Assembly (NCBI GenBank): GCA_964537955.1
Contig: CAZICY010000005.1
Location: 1,818-65,817 of the forward strand
DNA length: 64,000 nucleotides
Direction: 5' to 3'
Source: an uncultured Actinomyces sp.
GTDB taxonomy: Bacteria; Actinomycetota; Actinomycetes; S36-B12
Shown piece after piece: positions 47,245-55,825 of this stretch. The first letter of the stretch is position 1. Every line of letters begins with the position of its first letter. The notes under the pieces are model-generated. The model was not told where the DNA came from, made no database searches, and saw only the letters and a list, made by a program, of their open reading frames with translations. The translations under genes and the position numbers were made by a program.

Positions 47245-48282
47245 GTGAGCGCCGAGATCCAGGCCATCCGCTGGCAGGACGATGCGATCGTCCTCATCGA
47301 CCAGACGCGCCTTCCTGCCGAGGAGCTGTACGTCTCCTGCCCCGATGTCGACTCCCTCGTGGATGCGGTGCAGCGGCTCGTCGTACGCGGCGCCCCCGCC
47401 CTCGGTGCTGTCGGTGGATACGGCGTAGCGGTGGCCATGCTCCAGGGGGAGCGCGAGGGCTGGCCGGCCGATCGGCTCGAGGCCGAGGTCGACCGCGTCC
47501 GCGATGCCCGTCCCACGGCCGTCAACCTCGCGTGGGGGGTCGATCGCGTGCGGCCTCTCATGGCCCGGGGAGTCGACGCGGTGCTCGCCGAGGCCCATCG
47601 CATCGTGGCTGAGGACACCGCCGCCAATCGCGCCCTATCGCGGCACGGTGCCGACTGGGTCCTCGCACACTGCGCACGCCGCCCCTTGCGGGTCGTGACG
47701 CACTGCAACACGGGAGCGCTCGCCACGACCGGCTGGGGCACGGCCTTCGGCATCATCCGCGAACTGGCGGAGCGGGGTGAGATCGAGCTCGTCTACGTCG
47801 ATGAGACCCGACCCCTGCTGCAGGGGGCGCGGCTGACGGCCTGGGAGTGCGACCAGCACGGCATCCCCTACGTCGTCCAGGCCGACGGCGCAGCGGCATC
47901 GACGATCCTGCGCGGCCTCGCCGACTTCGCCGTCATCGGCGCCGATCGCATCGCGCGCAACGGCGACACGGCCAACAAGATCGGATCCGTCGGCGTCGCG
48001 CTCGCCTGTGCGGCTGCGGGCATCCCCTTCGTCGTCGCGGCTCCCTCATCGACGGTGGACCTGGCCACCGCCACGGGCGAAGGCATCGAGATCGAGCTGC
48101 GTGCGGGCGATGAGGTCACCGCCTGGTCGGGGGTGAACGCGGCTCCCGCAGGAGCGCAGGGCTTCAATCCGGCATTCGACGTCACCCCCGCGGCGTACAT
48201 CTCCGCGGTGGTGACCGAGGTGGGTGTGGTCGAGCCGGGCCCGGGAGTCGCCGTGGACGCGATCGCGGGCGGGGCATCGTGA
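47245..48282 (+). CDS. mtnA: S-methyl-5-thioribose-1-phosphate isomerase
   Basis: IDQTRLP, VRGAPALG, RPTAVNL, THCNTGALAT, DETRPLLQGARLTAWE, GDTANKIG, NPAFDVTP. Confidence 0.95.
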   Translation: MSAEIQAIRWQDDAIVLIDQTRLPAEELYVSCPDVDSLVDAVQRLVVRGAPALGAVGGYGVAVAMLQGEREGWPADRLEAEVDRVRDARPTAVNLAWGVDRVRPLMARGVDAVLAEAHRIVAEDTAANRALSRHGADWVLAHCARRPLRVVTHCNTGALATTGWGTAFGIIRELAERGEIELVYVDETRPLLQGARLTAWECDQHGIPYVVQADGAAASTILRGLADFAVIGADRIARNGDTANKIGSVGVALACAAAGIPFVVAAPSSTVDLATATGEGIEIELRAGDEVTAWSGVNAAPAGAQGFNPAFDVTPAAYISAVVTEVGVVEPGPGVAVDAIAGGAS

Positions 48283-50252
48283 CCACGCCCCTGGAGCAGC
48301 TCGTCGCGCGATCCAACGAGATCGGCGCGGATCCCTCGCTCGTCGTCTACGGAGGCGGCAACACCTCTGCCAAGGGCATCGTCGTCGACCACCTCGGCCG
48401 CGAACAGCGCGTGATGTGGGTCAAGGGATCCGGTGCCGACATGCGGGGCTCGCACGCCTCCGACTACCCGGCCCTGCGGCTGGACGAGTTGCTCCCGCTG
48501 CTGGACCGCGACCAGATGTCCGACGAGGAGATGACCGACCTCGTCGCACGGGCACTCGTGGACCCCGGCGCGCGCAGACCCTCGATCGAGACGCTGCTCC
48601 ACGCCTTCCTGCCGTACACGCACATCGACCATGTCCACGCGGACGCCATCTGCGCCCTCACCAATCACGCGGAGGGCCCCCGGATCGTGGCGGAGGCCCT
48701 CGGCGAGGGCTTCGCCTACGTCGACTGGATGCGCCCGGGCTTCACGCTGAGCAAGGTGGTCGCCGACCTCGGCGCTCGCGACGGCGTCGTCCTTGCCCAC
48801 CACGGCCTCATCACCTGGGGCGAGTCGAGCGATGAGTGCTACCGGCGCACCGAGGCGGCGGTCGATCAGGCGCGCGCCTATCTCGAGGGTCTGCCGATCC
48901 GGGCAGCGGCTCCCACTGCCGTGCCGGACATGCCCGACGACGAGGTGGAGCGGCTCCTCCTGCGCCTGCGCGGAGCCATGGCGCGGACGGGAAGGCGCGT
49001 CCTGAGGGTCGACCGCCGTCTGCGCGCGGTCGCCGATCACCCCCTGCTCCCCGAGATCGTTGCGGGAGGTGTGAGCAGTGCTGACCACATGCTGCGCATC
49101 AAGCCGCGCTCCGCGGTGTCCACCTCGTCGTACACGGCCACCGAGGATGTCGGTGCCTATGCCGCCGACTACGCGGCGTACGTCGAGCGGAATGGCGATG
49201 CGATGCCCGAGGGCTTCGGGATGCACGACCCCATGCCGCGCGTCGTGCTCGTGCCCGGACTCGGTGCGGTGACGACGGGCGCCACGCTGCGCGACGCCGA
49301 GGTTGCCGCCGACATCGCGGTGCATACCCATGGCGTCGCGGCGACGGTGGCCGAGCGCATCGGGACGCCGCTCGGCCTGGACGAGCGGGAGACCTTCCGT
49401 TTCGACTACTGGCCGATGGAGCTCTACAAGCTGACGCTTCGACCGCCGTCCCCCGACCTCGCCGGATTCATCGCGATCGTCACGGGATCCGCGTCGGGCA
49501 TCGGTCGCGGCATCGCGCTCGAACTCGCGACCCGGGGCGCTTCCGTCGTGCTGGCCGACCTCGACGGTGACGGCCTTGAGGAAACCGCTGAGCGCATGCG
49601 CGAGGCGGGCGTCACGGCCCCCGTGCTCGTGGCCGGCGACCAGTCGGACGAGGCCGTGGTGGACGAGACGGTGCGCGCGGCCGTGCGCACCTTCGGCGGC
49701 CTCGATGGCGCCGTCATCAACGCGGGCATCGGCGTCACGGGCACGCTCGAGGAACTCACGCTCGGGCAGTGGGATGCCGCCATGCGCATCAACCTGGCCA
49801 GTGGCTTCCTCATCACGCGGGCCGCGATGCGAGCGATGCGCGCGCAGGGCTCAGGGGGCTCGCTCGTCTACGTCGCGAGCAAGAACGCCTTCGGCCCGGG
49901 AGCTGGCTTCGGTGCTTACTCGGTGTCGAAGGCAGGCATGGTGCAGCTCATGCGCATCGCTGCGCTGGAGGGCGGTGCCGCGGGCATCCGAGCCAACGCC
50001 ATCAACCCCGATGCGGTCTTCGACGACTCGCGGCTGTGGGACGGCGGGCTGCGCGAGGAGCGGGCGGCGGCCCATGGCATCGCGCCCGAGGAGCTCGAGG
50101 ACTTCTACGCCGCCCGCAACATCCTCAAGCGGCGCGTGACCACGGCTGATGTCGCGCGCACCGCGGCCTTCCTGCTCTCCGACGCATCGTCGAGGACGAC
50201 CGGCGCGGTCATCCCCGTCGACGGCGGTGTCGCGGGCGCGTTCCCTCGCTGA
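48279..50252 (+). CDS. Bifunctional class II aldolase / short-chain dehydrogenase (RhaEW/YuxG-like architecture)
   Basis: GGGNTSAK, PSIETLLH, DHVHAD, HHGLITWG; C-terminal TGSASGIG, NAG, YSVSK, NPDAVF; GTGA overlap with mtnA. Confidence 0.9.
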   Translation: MTTPLEQLVARSNEIGADPSLVVYGGGNTSAKGIVVDHLGREQRVMWVKGSGADMRGSHASDYPALRLDELLPLLDRDQMSDEEMTDLVARALVDPGARRPSIETLLHAFLPYTHIDHVHADAICALTNHAEGPRIVAEALGEGFAYVDWMRPGFTLSKVVADLGARDGVVLAHHGLITWGESSDECYRRTEAAVDQARAYLEGLPIRAAAPTAVPDMPDDEVERLLLRLRGAMARTGRRVLRVDRRLRAVADHPLLPEIVAGGVSSADHMLRIKPRSAVSTSSYTATEDVGAYAADYAAYVERNGDAMPEGFGMHDPMPRVVLVPGLGAVTTGATLRDAEVAADIAVHTHGVAATVAERIGTPLGLDERETFRFDYWPMELYKLTLRPPSPDLAGFIAIVTGSASGIGRGIALELATRGASVVLADLDGDGLEETAERMREAGVTAPVLVAGDQSDEAVVDETVRAAVRTFGGLDGAVINAGIGVTGTLEELTLGQWDAAMRINLASGFLITRAAMRAMRAQGSGGSLVYVASKNAFGPGAGFGAYSVSKAGMVQLMRIAALEGGAAGIRANAINPDAVFDDSRLWDGGLREERAAAHGIAPEELEDFYAARNILKRRVTTADVARTAAFLLSDASSRTTGAVIPVDGGVAGAFPR

Positions 50253-50255
50253 GGG

Positions 50256-50981
50256 TCACGCGAGTCGGATCTCGGTCATCTGCGCGACCTCGGGGTACGT
50301 CGAGTCGTCGATGGCGTGCGGCTCGCCGGGTCGGCGGACCCGCACGACCTGCCACCCGGCTTCGCTGGCCGCATCGAGCTCCGCGACGACGTCGGAGCAG
50401 AAGAGCAGGTCGCTGGGGTCCGCGCCGATCGCCGCGGCGATGGCGCGGTAGGACGATGCCTCTCGCTTGGGCCCGGCATTGGACGTGTCGTAGTGACCGT
50501 CGATCCACCCGGTGAGATCCCCCTCCGGGGAGTGGGCGTACCAGTTGCGCTGGGCGAGCACCGACCCGGACGAGTAGACGGAGATAGGTAGGCCGGCGTC
50601 GTGCCACTGGCGCAGGGCGACGAGCGCGTCGGGGAAAAAGTCCGAGACAAGTGCGCCGCTCGCGAAACCCTCCTCCCATACGAGGCCCTGGAGGTCCTTG
50701 AGAGGAGTGGCCTTGCGGTCCTCCCGGACCCAGCCGCGCAAGGTCGCGACGATCTCGTCGGCGGACGGGTCGCTGAGACCGGCCTCCCGCGCGACCTCAG
50801 CCACGATGCGGTCCGTCTCGGCCTCGCCTGCATGCTGCTCGAGCCAGGCGGGGAAGCGCTCGGAGGCATAGGGAAAGAGGACGTCGTAGACGAAGGCGGA
50901 GGCACTGGTCGTACCCTCGATGTCCACGACCACGTGCTGCACGTCGCTGAACTCGACCGGACCCGCGAGCTCGGAATTCAC
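50256..50981 (-). CDS. mtnC: Enolase-phosphatase E1 (acireductone synthase)
   Basis: DIEGTT, FVYDVLFPYA, DRKATPLKDLQG, YSSGSV, GPKRE, LFCSD. Confidence 0.93.
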   Translation of the reverse strand: MNSELAGPVEFSDVQHVVVDIEGTTSASAFVYDVLFPYASERFPAWLEQHAGEAETDRIVAEVAREAGLSDPSADEIVATLRGWVREDRKATPLKDLQGLVWEEGFASGALVSDFFPDALVALRQWHDAGLPISVYSSGSVLAQRNWYAHSPEGDLTGWIDGHYDTSNAGPKREASSYRAIAAAIGADPSDLLFCSDVVAELDAASEAGWQVVRVRRPGEPHAIDDSTYPEVAQMTEIRLA

Positions 50982-50996
50982 AAGCAGGGAGGCTAC

Positions 50997-51587
50997 ATGT
51001 CCACGGCCGATGACCTGGCTCGCGCGTCTCGCCGGCTCTACGCACTCGGCTGGATGCGGGGTACGTCGGGCAACGTCTCGGTGCGCGACGGCGACGACAT
51101 CCTCGTGACCGCATCGGGCATCGACAAGTCGGCAGTGGAGCCCGAGGACGCCGTCCTCATCGACGCGCGCGGCGCGGCACTGCCCGGTCAGGAGCGCCGC
51201 CCCAGCGCCGAGGCGCCCATCCACGCCGCGGTGATCGCCGAGGCCGGAGCCGGGGCGGTGGTCCACGTGCACTCCTTGGCCGCGGTCGAGGCCGCCGCGC
51301 GCTGGCCCGAGGGCGTGCCGCTCGTCGATGTCGAGCAGCTCAAGGGCATCGGCCGGGGCGCCCACGGCGACGCCGTCGTCGTCCCGGTGGTGGCCAACTC
51401 CCAGGACATGGCCGACCTGTCGGCCCGGCTCCTGGAGGCCCGCGATCCGGGAGTCCCGGGCGTCGTCGTCGCCGAGCACGGGCTCTACGCATGGGGCTCC
51501 TCGCTGGGCGAGGCCATCGACCGTACGGAGAGCTTCGACTGGCTGTTCGACCACGCCCTGCGGCTGGATCGACTCGGCAGGGGCTAG
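50997..51587 (+). CDS. mtnB: Methylthioribulose-1-phosphate dehydratase
   Basis: GWMRGTSGNVS, TASGIDK, PSAEAPIH, HVHS, EQLKG, HGLYAWG; AGGGAGG SD. Confidence 0.9.
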   Translation: MSTADDLARASRRLYALGWMRGTSGNVSVRDGDDILVTASGIDKSAVEPEDAVLIDARGAALPGQERRPSAEAPIHAAVIAEAGAGAVVHVHSLAAVEAAARWPEGVPLVDVEQLKGIGRGAHGDAVVVPVVANSQDMADLSARLLEARDPGVPGVVVAEHGLYAWGSSLGEAIDRTESFDWLFDHALRLDRLGRG

Positions 51588-51621
51588 TGCGCGGCGCGGC
51601 GCGGCGCGGCACAATGCCCGC

Positions 51622-52218
51622 ATGACGATGCTGACCGTGTGGGCCGACGACCGGCCCGAGACGCCGATCCTGCGCACCCGTGACCACTCCGAGATCGCCG
51701 AGGCGCTCACGCCCATCGGGGTCGTCTACGAGCACGTCCCCGTGGGTGATCGCCTCGCCGACACCGCGACCCAGGACGAGGTCCTCGAGGCCCATCGAAC
51801 GCTGGTCGACCGCCTCATCGCGGAGCACGGCTATCGGCTGGTCGACGTCGCCCAGTTGCACCCGGTCGACTCCGACGAGTGGCGCGCGACGGCCGAGGCC
51901 GCTCGCAACAAGTTCCTCAACGAGCACACCCACGACGAAGAGGAGATCCGCTATTTCGTCGCAGGCTCGGGCGTGTTCTACCTCCACGTCGACGGTCGCG
52001 TGCACGCCATGCTGTGCACCCCGGGCGATCTGCTCAGTGTTCCGGCTCTGACCACGCACTGGTTCGACATGGGCACGGCCCCCGACTTCACCGCCATCCG
52101 CTTCTTCCATGACGACGACGGATGGGTCGGCACCTTCACCGGCAGTGATATCTCCACGCACTTCCCCACCTTCGACGAGCTCACTGCAGCGGCTGCGCTG
52201 GCCGACGCCACCGCATGA
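51622..52218 (+). CDS. mtnD: Acireductone dioxygenase
   Basis: KFLNEHTHDEEEIRYFVAGSG, VPALTTHWFDMG, AIRFF. Confidence 0.95.
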   Translation: MTMLTVWADDRPETPILRTRDHSEIAEALTPIGVVYEHVPVGDRLADTATQDEVLEAHRTLVDRLIAEHGYRLVDVAQLHPVDSDEWRATAEAARNKFLNEHTHDEEEIRYFVAGSGVFYLHVDGRVHAMLCTPGDLLSVPALTTHWFDMGTAPDFTAIRFFHDDDGWVGTFTGSDISTHFPTFDELTAAAALADATA

Positions 52219-52616
52219 CCGACGTCGAATGGGACGCCCTCCGGGCAGCAGCGCGGGAGGCTCGCGACCACGCCTACGCGCCCTACAGCCGGCATCCGGT
52301 CGGAGCCGCGGCCCTGACGACCGCCGGGCGCATCGTGACCGGGTGCAACGTCGAGAACGCCTCGCTGGGCGTCACCCTCTGCGCGGAGTGCGGCCTGGTG
52401 AGCGATCTCGTGCGCACGAGCCCGGCCGGCGAGCGCGAGCGCCTCGTCGCCTTCGCGTGCGTCGGCCCCGCCCCCGGCCCGCTCCTGCCCTGCGGTCGCT
52501 GCCGACAGCTCCTCCATGAGCACGGGGGAGCGGCGATCCTCGTCGATCGCGAGGGCGGACCCGTGACGCTGGGGACCTTGATTCCCGACGCCTTCGGTCC
52601 CGAGGCGATTCCGTGA
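52215..52616 (+). CDS. cdd: Cytidine deaminase
   Basis: AYAPYS, GCNVENAS, CAE, PCGRCRQ. Confidence 0.93.
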   Translation: MTDVEWDALRAAAREARDHAYAPYSRHPVGAAALTTAGRIVTGCNVENASLGVTLCAECGLVSDLVRTSPAGERERLVAFACVGPAPGPLLPCGRCRQLLHEHGGAAILVDREGGPVTLGTLIPDAFGPEAIP

Positions 52617-53371
52617 CTGACCCGGGGCGGGGAGCGCTCGGGGTCATCGCCGGCACGGGCTTCTACGCACTCGACGCGCTCAAGGACGCCGCGGACATCG
52701 TCGTCGACACCTCATACGGTGCCGTCCGCATGCGATCGGGCATGCTGCACGACCGCCAGACGTTCTTCGTCTCCCGTCACGGTGTCGACCACTCCGTGCC
52801 CCCGCACATGGTCAACTACCGCGCGATCATCCAGGCACTGGTCGATGTCGGTGTCACGGAGATCCTCGCGGTCAATGTCGTCGGCGGCATCGGCCATGAC
52901 GCCGGCGAGCTCGTCGTCATCGACGACTTCATCGACTTCACCCACCAACGTCCCCTGACGTTCTTCGACGGGTCCACACCCGAGGGCGTGGTGCACGTCG
53001 ACATGGGCCAGCCCTACGACGGCCGGCTTCGTGCCGCATGGCTGCGCGCCGCGGCGGACGCGGGAGTCGACGTCACCCCCTCCGGGGTGTACGGGGCCTT
53101 CGAAGGCCCGCGATTCGAGACGAAGGCGGAGATCCGCATGGCGCGAGCCGCGGGCGTCACGGTCGTGGGCATGACCGGCGTACCCGAGGTGGTCCTCGCC
53201 GCCGAGCGGGGCATCCCCTACGCGAGCCTGTGCCTTGTCGCCAATCCCGCAGCGGGACTGAGCGATGTCCCCATCAAGGTGGAGGACGTCACCGCCGTCG
53301 TCGCCCAGGGTGCGGCGACCGTGACGGGCATCCTCGAGCGGGCCGCCGGCATCCTGGCGGTGCCCTCGTGA
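52613..53371 (+). CDS. MTAP-family purine nucleoside phosphorylase, probably methylthioinosine phosphorylase
   Basis: GVIAGTG, SRHG..HSVPPH.VNYRA, DFIDFT, EGPRFETKAE, VGMT, LVANPAAG (Asn in place of the MTAP D-x-D). Confidence 0.85.
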   Translation: MTDPGRGALGVIAGTGFYALDALKDAADIVVDTSYGAVRMRSGMLHDRQTFFVSRHGVDHSVPPHMVNYRAIIQALVDVGVTEILAVNVVGGIGHDAGELVVIDDFIDFTHQRPLTFFDGSTPEGVVHVDMGQPYDGRLRAAWLRAAADAGVDVTPSGVYGAFEGPRFETKAEIRMARAAGVTVVGMTGVPEVVLAAERGIPYASLCLVANPAAGLSDVPIKVEDVTAVVAQGAATVTGILERAAGILAVPS

Positions 53372-54663
53372 GCGTCGACCTCGTCATCCGCGGGGCGCGC
53401 TACGTGCTCATGAGCGACGCTTCGGGAGGCGTCGTCGAGCGTGCCGACATCGCCATCGATGACGGTCGGATCGTGAGCGTGGGCGAGCCCGTCGCCGAGG
53501 CGGACACCGTCATCGACGGCGAGGGCCTGCTCGTCATGCCCGGGCTCGTCAACCTCCACACCCATCTCGCCATGACTCTCCTGCGGGGCATCGCGGAGGA
53601 GGTGGACCTGCAGGGCTTCCTCGAGCGCGTCTGGGCGGAGGAGGCGAGGATCATGGACTCAGCCGGCGTCTACGCGGGCACGCGACTGGGTGCTCTCGAG
53701 GCGATTCTCGGTGGCACCACGACGGCGCTGGACATGTACTTCCATCCGGCCGATGCCCACCGCGGGGCGGTGGAGGTCGGACTGCGCCACGTCACCGGAC
53801 CCGTCTTCTTCTCCTTCCCCGGCCCGGACCACCTCGAGTGGCATGAGCGGATGGCGCTCGCCCGCGCGTGGCCCCAGGCCCTGGAGTCGCTCGGCGGACC
53901 GCATGTGCCACCGGCGCTCATGCCGCACGCGGCCTTCACCGTCGGTCTGGAGCACCTCGCTGAGATCGCCGACCTTGCTCGCGAGCAGGGGGCTCTCGTG
54001 CATACGCATGCCTCGGAGAACGACCGGGAGAACGACGACACCGTCAAGGCCACCGGCATGCGGCCGGTGCCCACACTGGAGGCATCGGGAGTCCTCGCCC
54101 TCGCGCCTGTCCTGGGACACGGCGTCCGCCTCGACGAGCATGACCGTGAGCGCGTCGCCGCGACCGGGACGGCGGTAGCTCACTGCCCCGGTTCCAACCT
54201 CAAGCTCGCCAGCGGCGCCGCCGACATCGTGGGCTATCGAGACCAGGGCATCCGAGTGGGCATCGGCACCGACGGGTGCTCGTCGAGCAACGACCTCGAC
54301 ATGTTCGCCGCGATGCGCCTGGCGGCCAATCTCGCCCGGCTGGTGCGCGAGGATCCGGCGGCCCTGTCGGCTCGCGACGTCGTGCAGGCCGCCACGATCG
54401 ACGGCGCCCGCGCACTGGGCCTGGGCGAGCGCATCGGCACCGTCGAGGTCGGCAAGGAGGCTGATCTCATCGCGCTGGACCTGCGCGCGCCCCACCTCGT
54501 GCCGGTCCACGATCCCTACACCTCCGTGGTCTTCAGCGCGGGTCGATCCGACGTACGACACGTCCTCGTCGCCGGCGCCCCCGTCGTGCTCGACCGACAG
54601 CCGACCCGTGTCGATGTCGATGACGTCATGGCTGCGGCGCTTCGTGTCGTGGAGGGGACATGA
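53368..54663 (+). CDS. mtaD: Amidohydrolase, MTA/SAH/5'-deoxyadenosine deaminase family
   Basis: PGLVNLHTHLAMTLLRG, GTTTALDMYF, HTHASE, HCPGSNLKLASG, GTDG..NDLDMF. Confidence 0.8.
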   Translation: MSVDLVIRGARYVLMSDASGGVVERADIAIDDGRIVSVGEPVAEADTVIDGEGLLVMPGLVNLHTHLAMTLLRGIAEEVDLQGFLERVWAEEARIMDSAGVYAGTRLGALEAILGGTTTALDMYFHPADAHRGAVEVGLRHVTGPVFFSFPGPDHLEWHERMALARAWPQALESLGGPHVPPALMPHAAFTVGLEHLAEIADLAREQGALVHTHASENDRENDDTVKATGMRPVPTLEASGVLALAPVLGHGVRLDEHDRERVAATGTAVAHCPGSNLKLASGAADIVGYRDQGIRVGIGTDGCSSSNDLDMFAAMRLAANLARLVREDPAALSARDVVQAATIDGARALGLGERIGTVEVGKEADLIALDLRAPHLVPVHDPYTSVVFSAGRSDVRHVLVAGAPVVLDRQPTRVDVDDVMAAALRVVEGT

Positions 54664-55130
54664 GCCAACTCGATGACATGAGCGCCGCCGAGGTCATCTC
54701 CGCGCTGAATCTGGAGTATTTGGAGGGAGAGGGTGTCTGGATCTCCCTGCTGTGGCGCACCGACCACGGCAACGCGATCTACGGCCTGCTCACACCGAAG
54801 GACTTCAGCGCCCTGCACATGCTGGATGAAGACGAGATGTGGGTGCATGTCGCTGGAGCGCCGGTGGAGATGCTCGTCCTGCACTCGGACGGCAGCCACT
54901 CCGATCATGTGCTGGGCACCGATCTCGCCCTGGGCCACGAGCCGGCCGTGCGCGTGCCCGCCCGGGCCTGGCAGGGGTCGCGCACCCAGGGCGAGTGGAG
55001 CCTCGTGGTGTGCTCGCTCGCCCCACCCTTCAGCGGGTTCACGCTGGCCGGCGACGACATCGACCTGCAGGCGTGGCCCTCTGCTGCTGCGCAGGCGCGC
55101 ACGCTCATCCGCAGTGGGATGCCCGCGTGA
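54660..55130 (+). CDS. Cupin_5 / DUF985 family protein
   Basis: AIYGLL..FSALH..DEMW..AG.P, LGTDL, VPARAWQG, WSLVVCSLAPPF. Confidence 0.78.
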   Translation: MSQLDDMSAAEVISALNLEYLEGEGVWISLLWRTDHGNAIYGLLTPKDFSALHMLDEDEMWVHVAGAPVEMLVLHSDGSHSDHVLGTDLALGHEPAVRVPARAWQGSRTQGEWSLVVCSLAPPFSGFTLAGDDIDLQAWPSAAAQARTLIRSGMPA

Positions 55131-55825
55131 GCGGGCGCGTGGCGCTTGTCACCGGAGCGCGCGGGGTGGTGGGTCGTGCCCTGATCGCGCGGCTCACCGG
55201 TGAAGGGTTCGACGTCATCGCGCACAGTCGCGGGGAGATCGGCGAGCCGCCCGCGGGTGCGCTGCTCCTCACAGGCGACCTGTCCGACCCGGCCGAGGCT
55301 CGGCGCGTGCGCGATGCGGTGGACCGCGTCGACCTCCTGGTCAACAACGCCGCGAGCCAGGTGGTGGGGGGCCTCGACACGCTCGCGCCCACCGACTGGA
55401 CGGACATGCTGGGCTCCACCCTGCTCAGCGCCGTGCAGCTGTCGACAGTGCTGCGGCCGGTCATGCCACCCGGCTCGAGCATCGTCAACGTGACCTCGAT
55501 CGAGGCCGGCGCGGCGTTCCCCGGTCACGCGCACTACGCCGCGGCCAAGGCCGCGCTCGAGTCCTTCACGCGGTCGGCTGCCCTGGAGTGGGCCGCTGAC
55601 GGGATCCGCGTCAATGCCGTTGCCCCCGGCCTCATCGACCGTCCCGGCCTGGCGCAGGAATGGCCCGAGGGCGTGGAGTGGTGGGCGCGCACCTGTCCCC
55701 TGGGCAGGACGATCGAGCCGCGCGAGGTGGCCGACGCGGTCGCCCTGCTCGCATCGTCGACCGGGGTGTCCGGGATCGTGCTGCCGGTCGACGGCGGCTG
55801 GAGCGCGAGCGCACGCCTCGCCTGA
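55127..55825 (+). CDS. Short-chain dehydrogenase/reductase
   Basis: ALVTGARGVVG, LVNNA, YAAAK, IRVNAVAPG, VDGG. Confidence 0.9.
   Translation: MSGRVALVTGARGVVGRALIARLTGEGFDVIAHSRGEIGEPPAGALLLTGDLSDPAEARRVRDAVDRVDLLVNNAASQVVGGLDTLAPTDWTDMLGSTLLSAVQLSTVLRPVMPPGSSIVNVTSIEAGAAFPGHAHYAAAKAALESFTRSAALEWAADGIRVNAVAPGLIDRPGLAQEWPEGVEWWARTCPLGRTIEPREVADAVALLASSTGVSGIVLPVDGGWSASARLA

Noticed and set aside
48279..50252. Rhamnose catabolic operon
   Set aside because: No rhaA/rhaB/rhaM, sugar regulator or rhamnose transporter in the window; gene is coupled to mtnA (not excluded biochemically)
50982..51716. N-terminal extension making mtnC 486 aa
   Set aside because: It is the antisense of mtnB/mtnD; E1 homology begins near 50981
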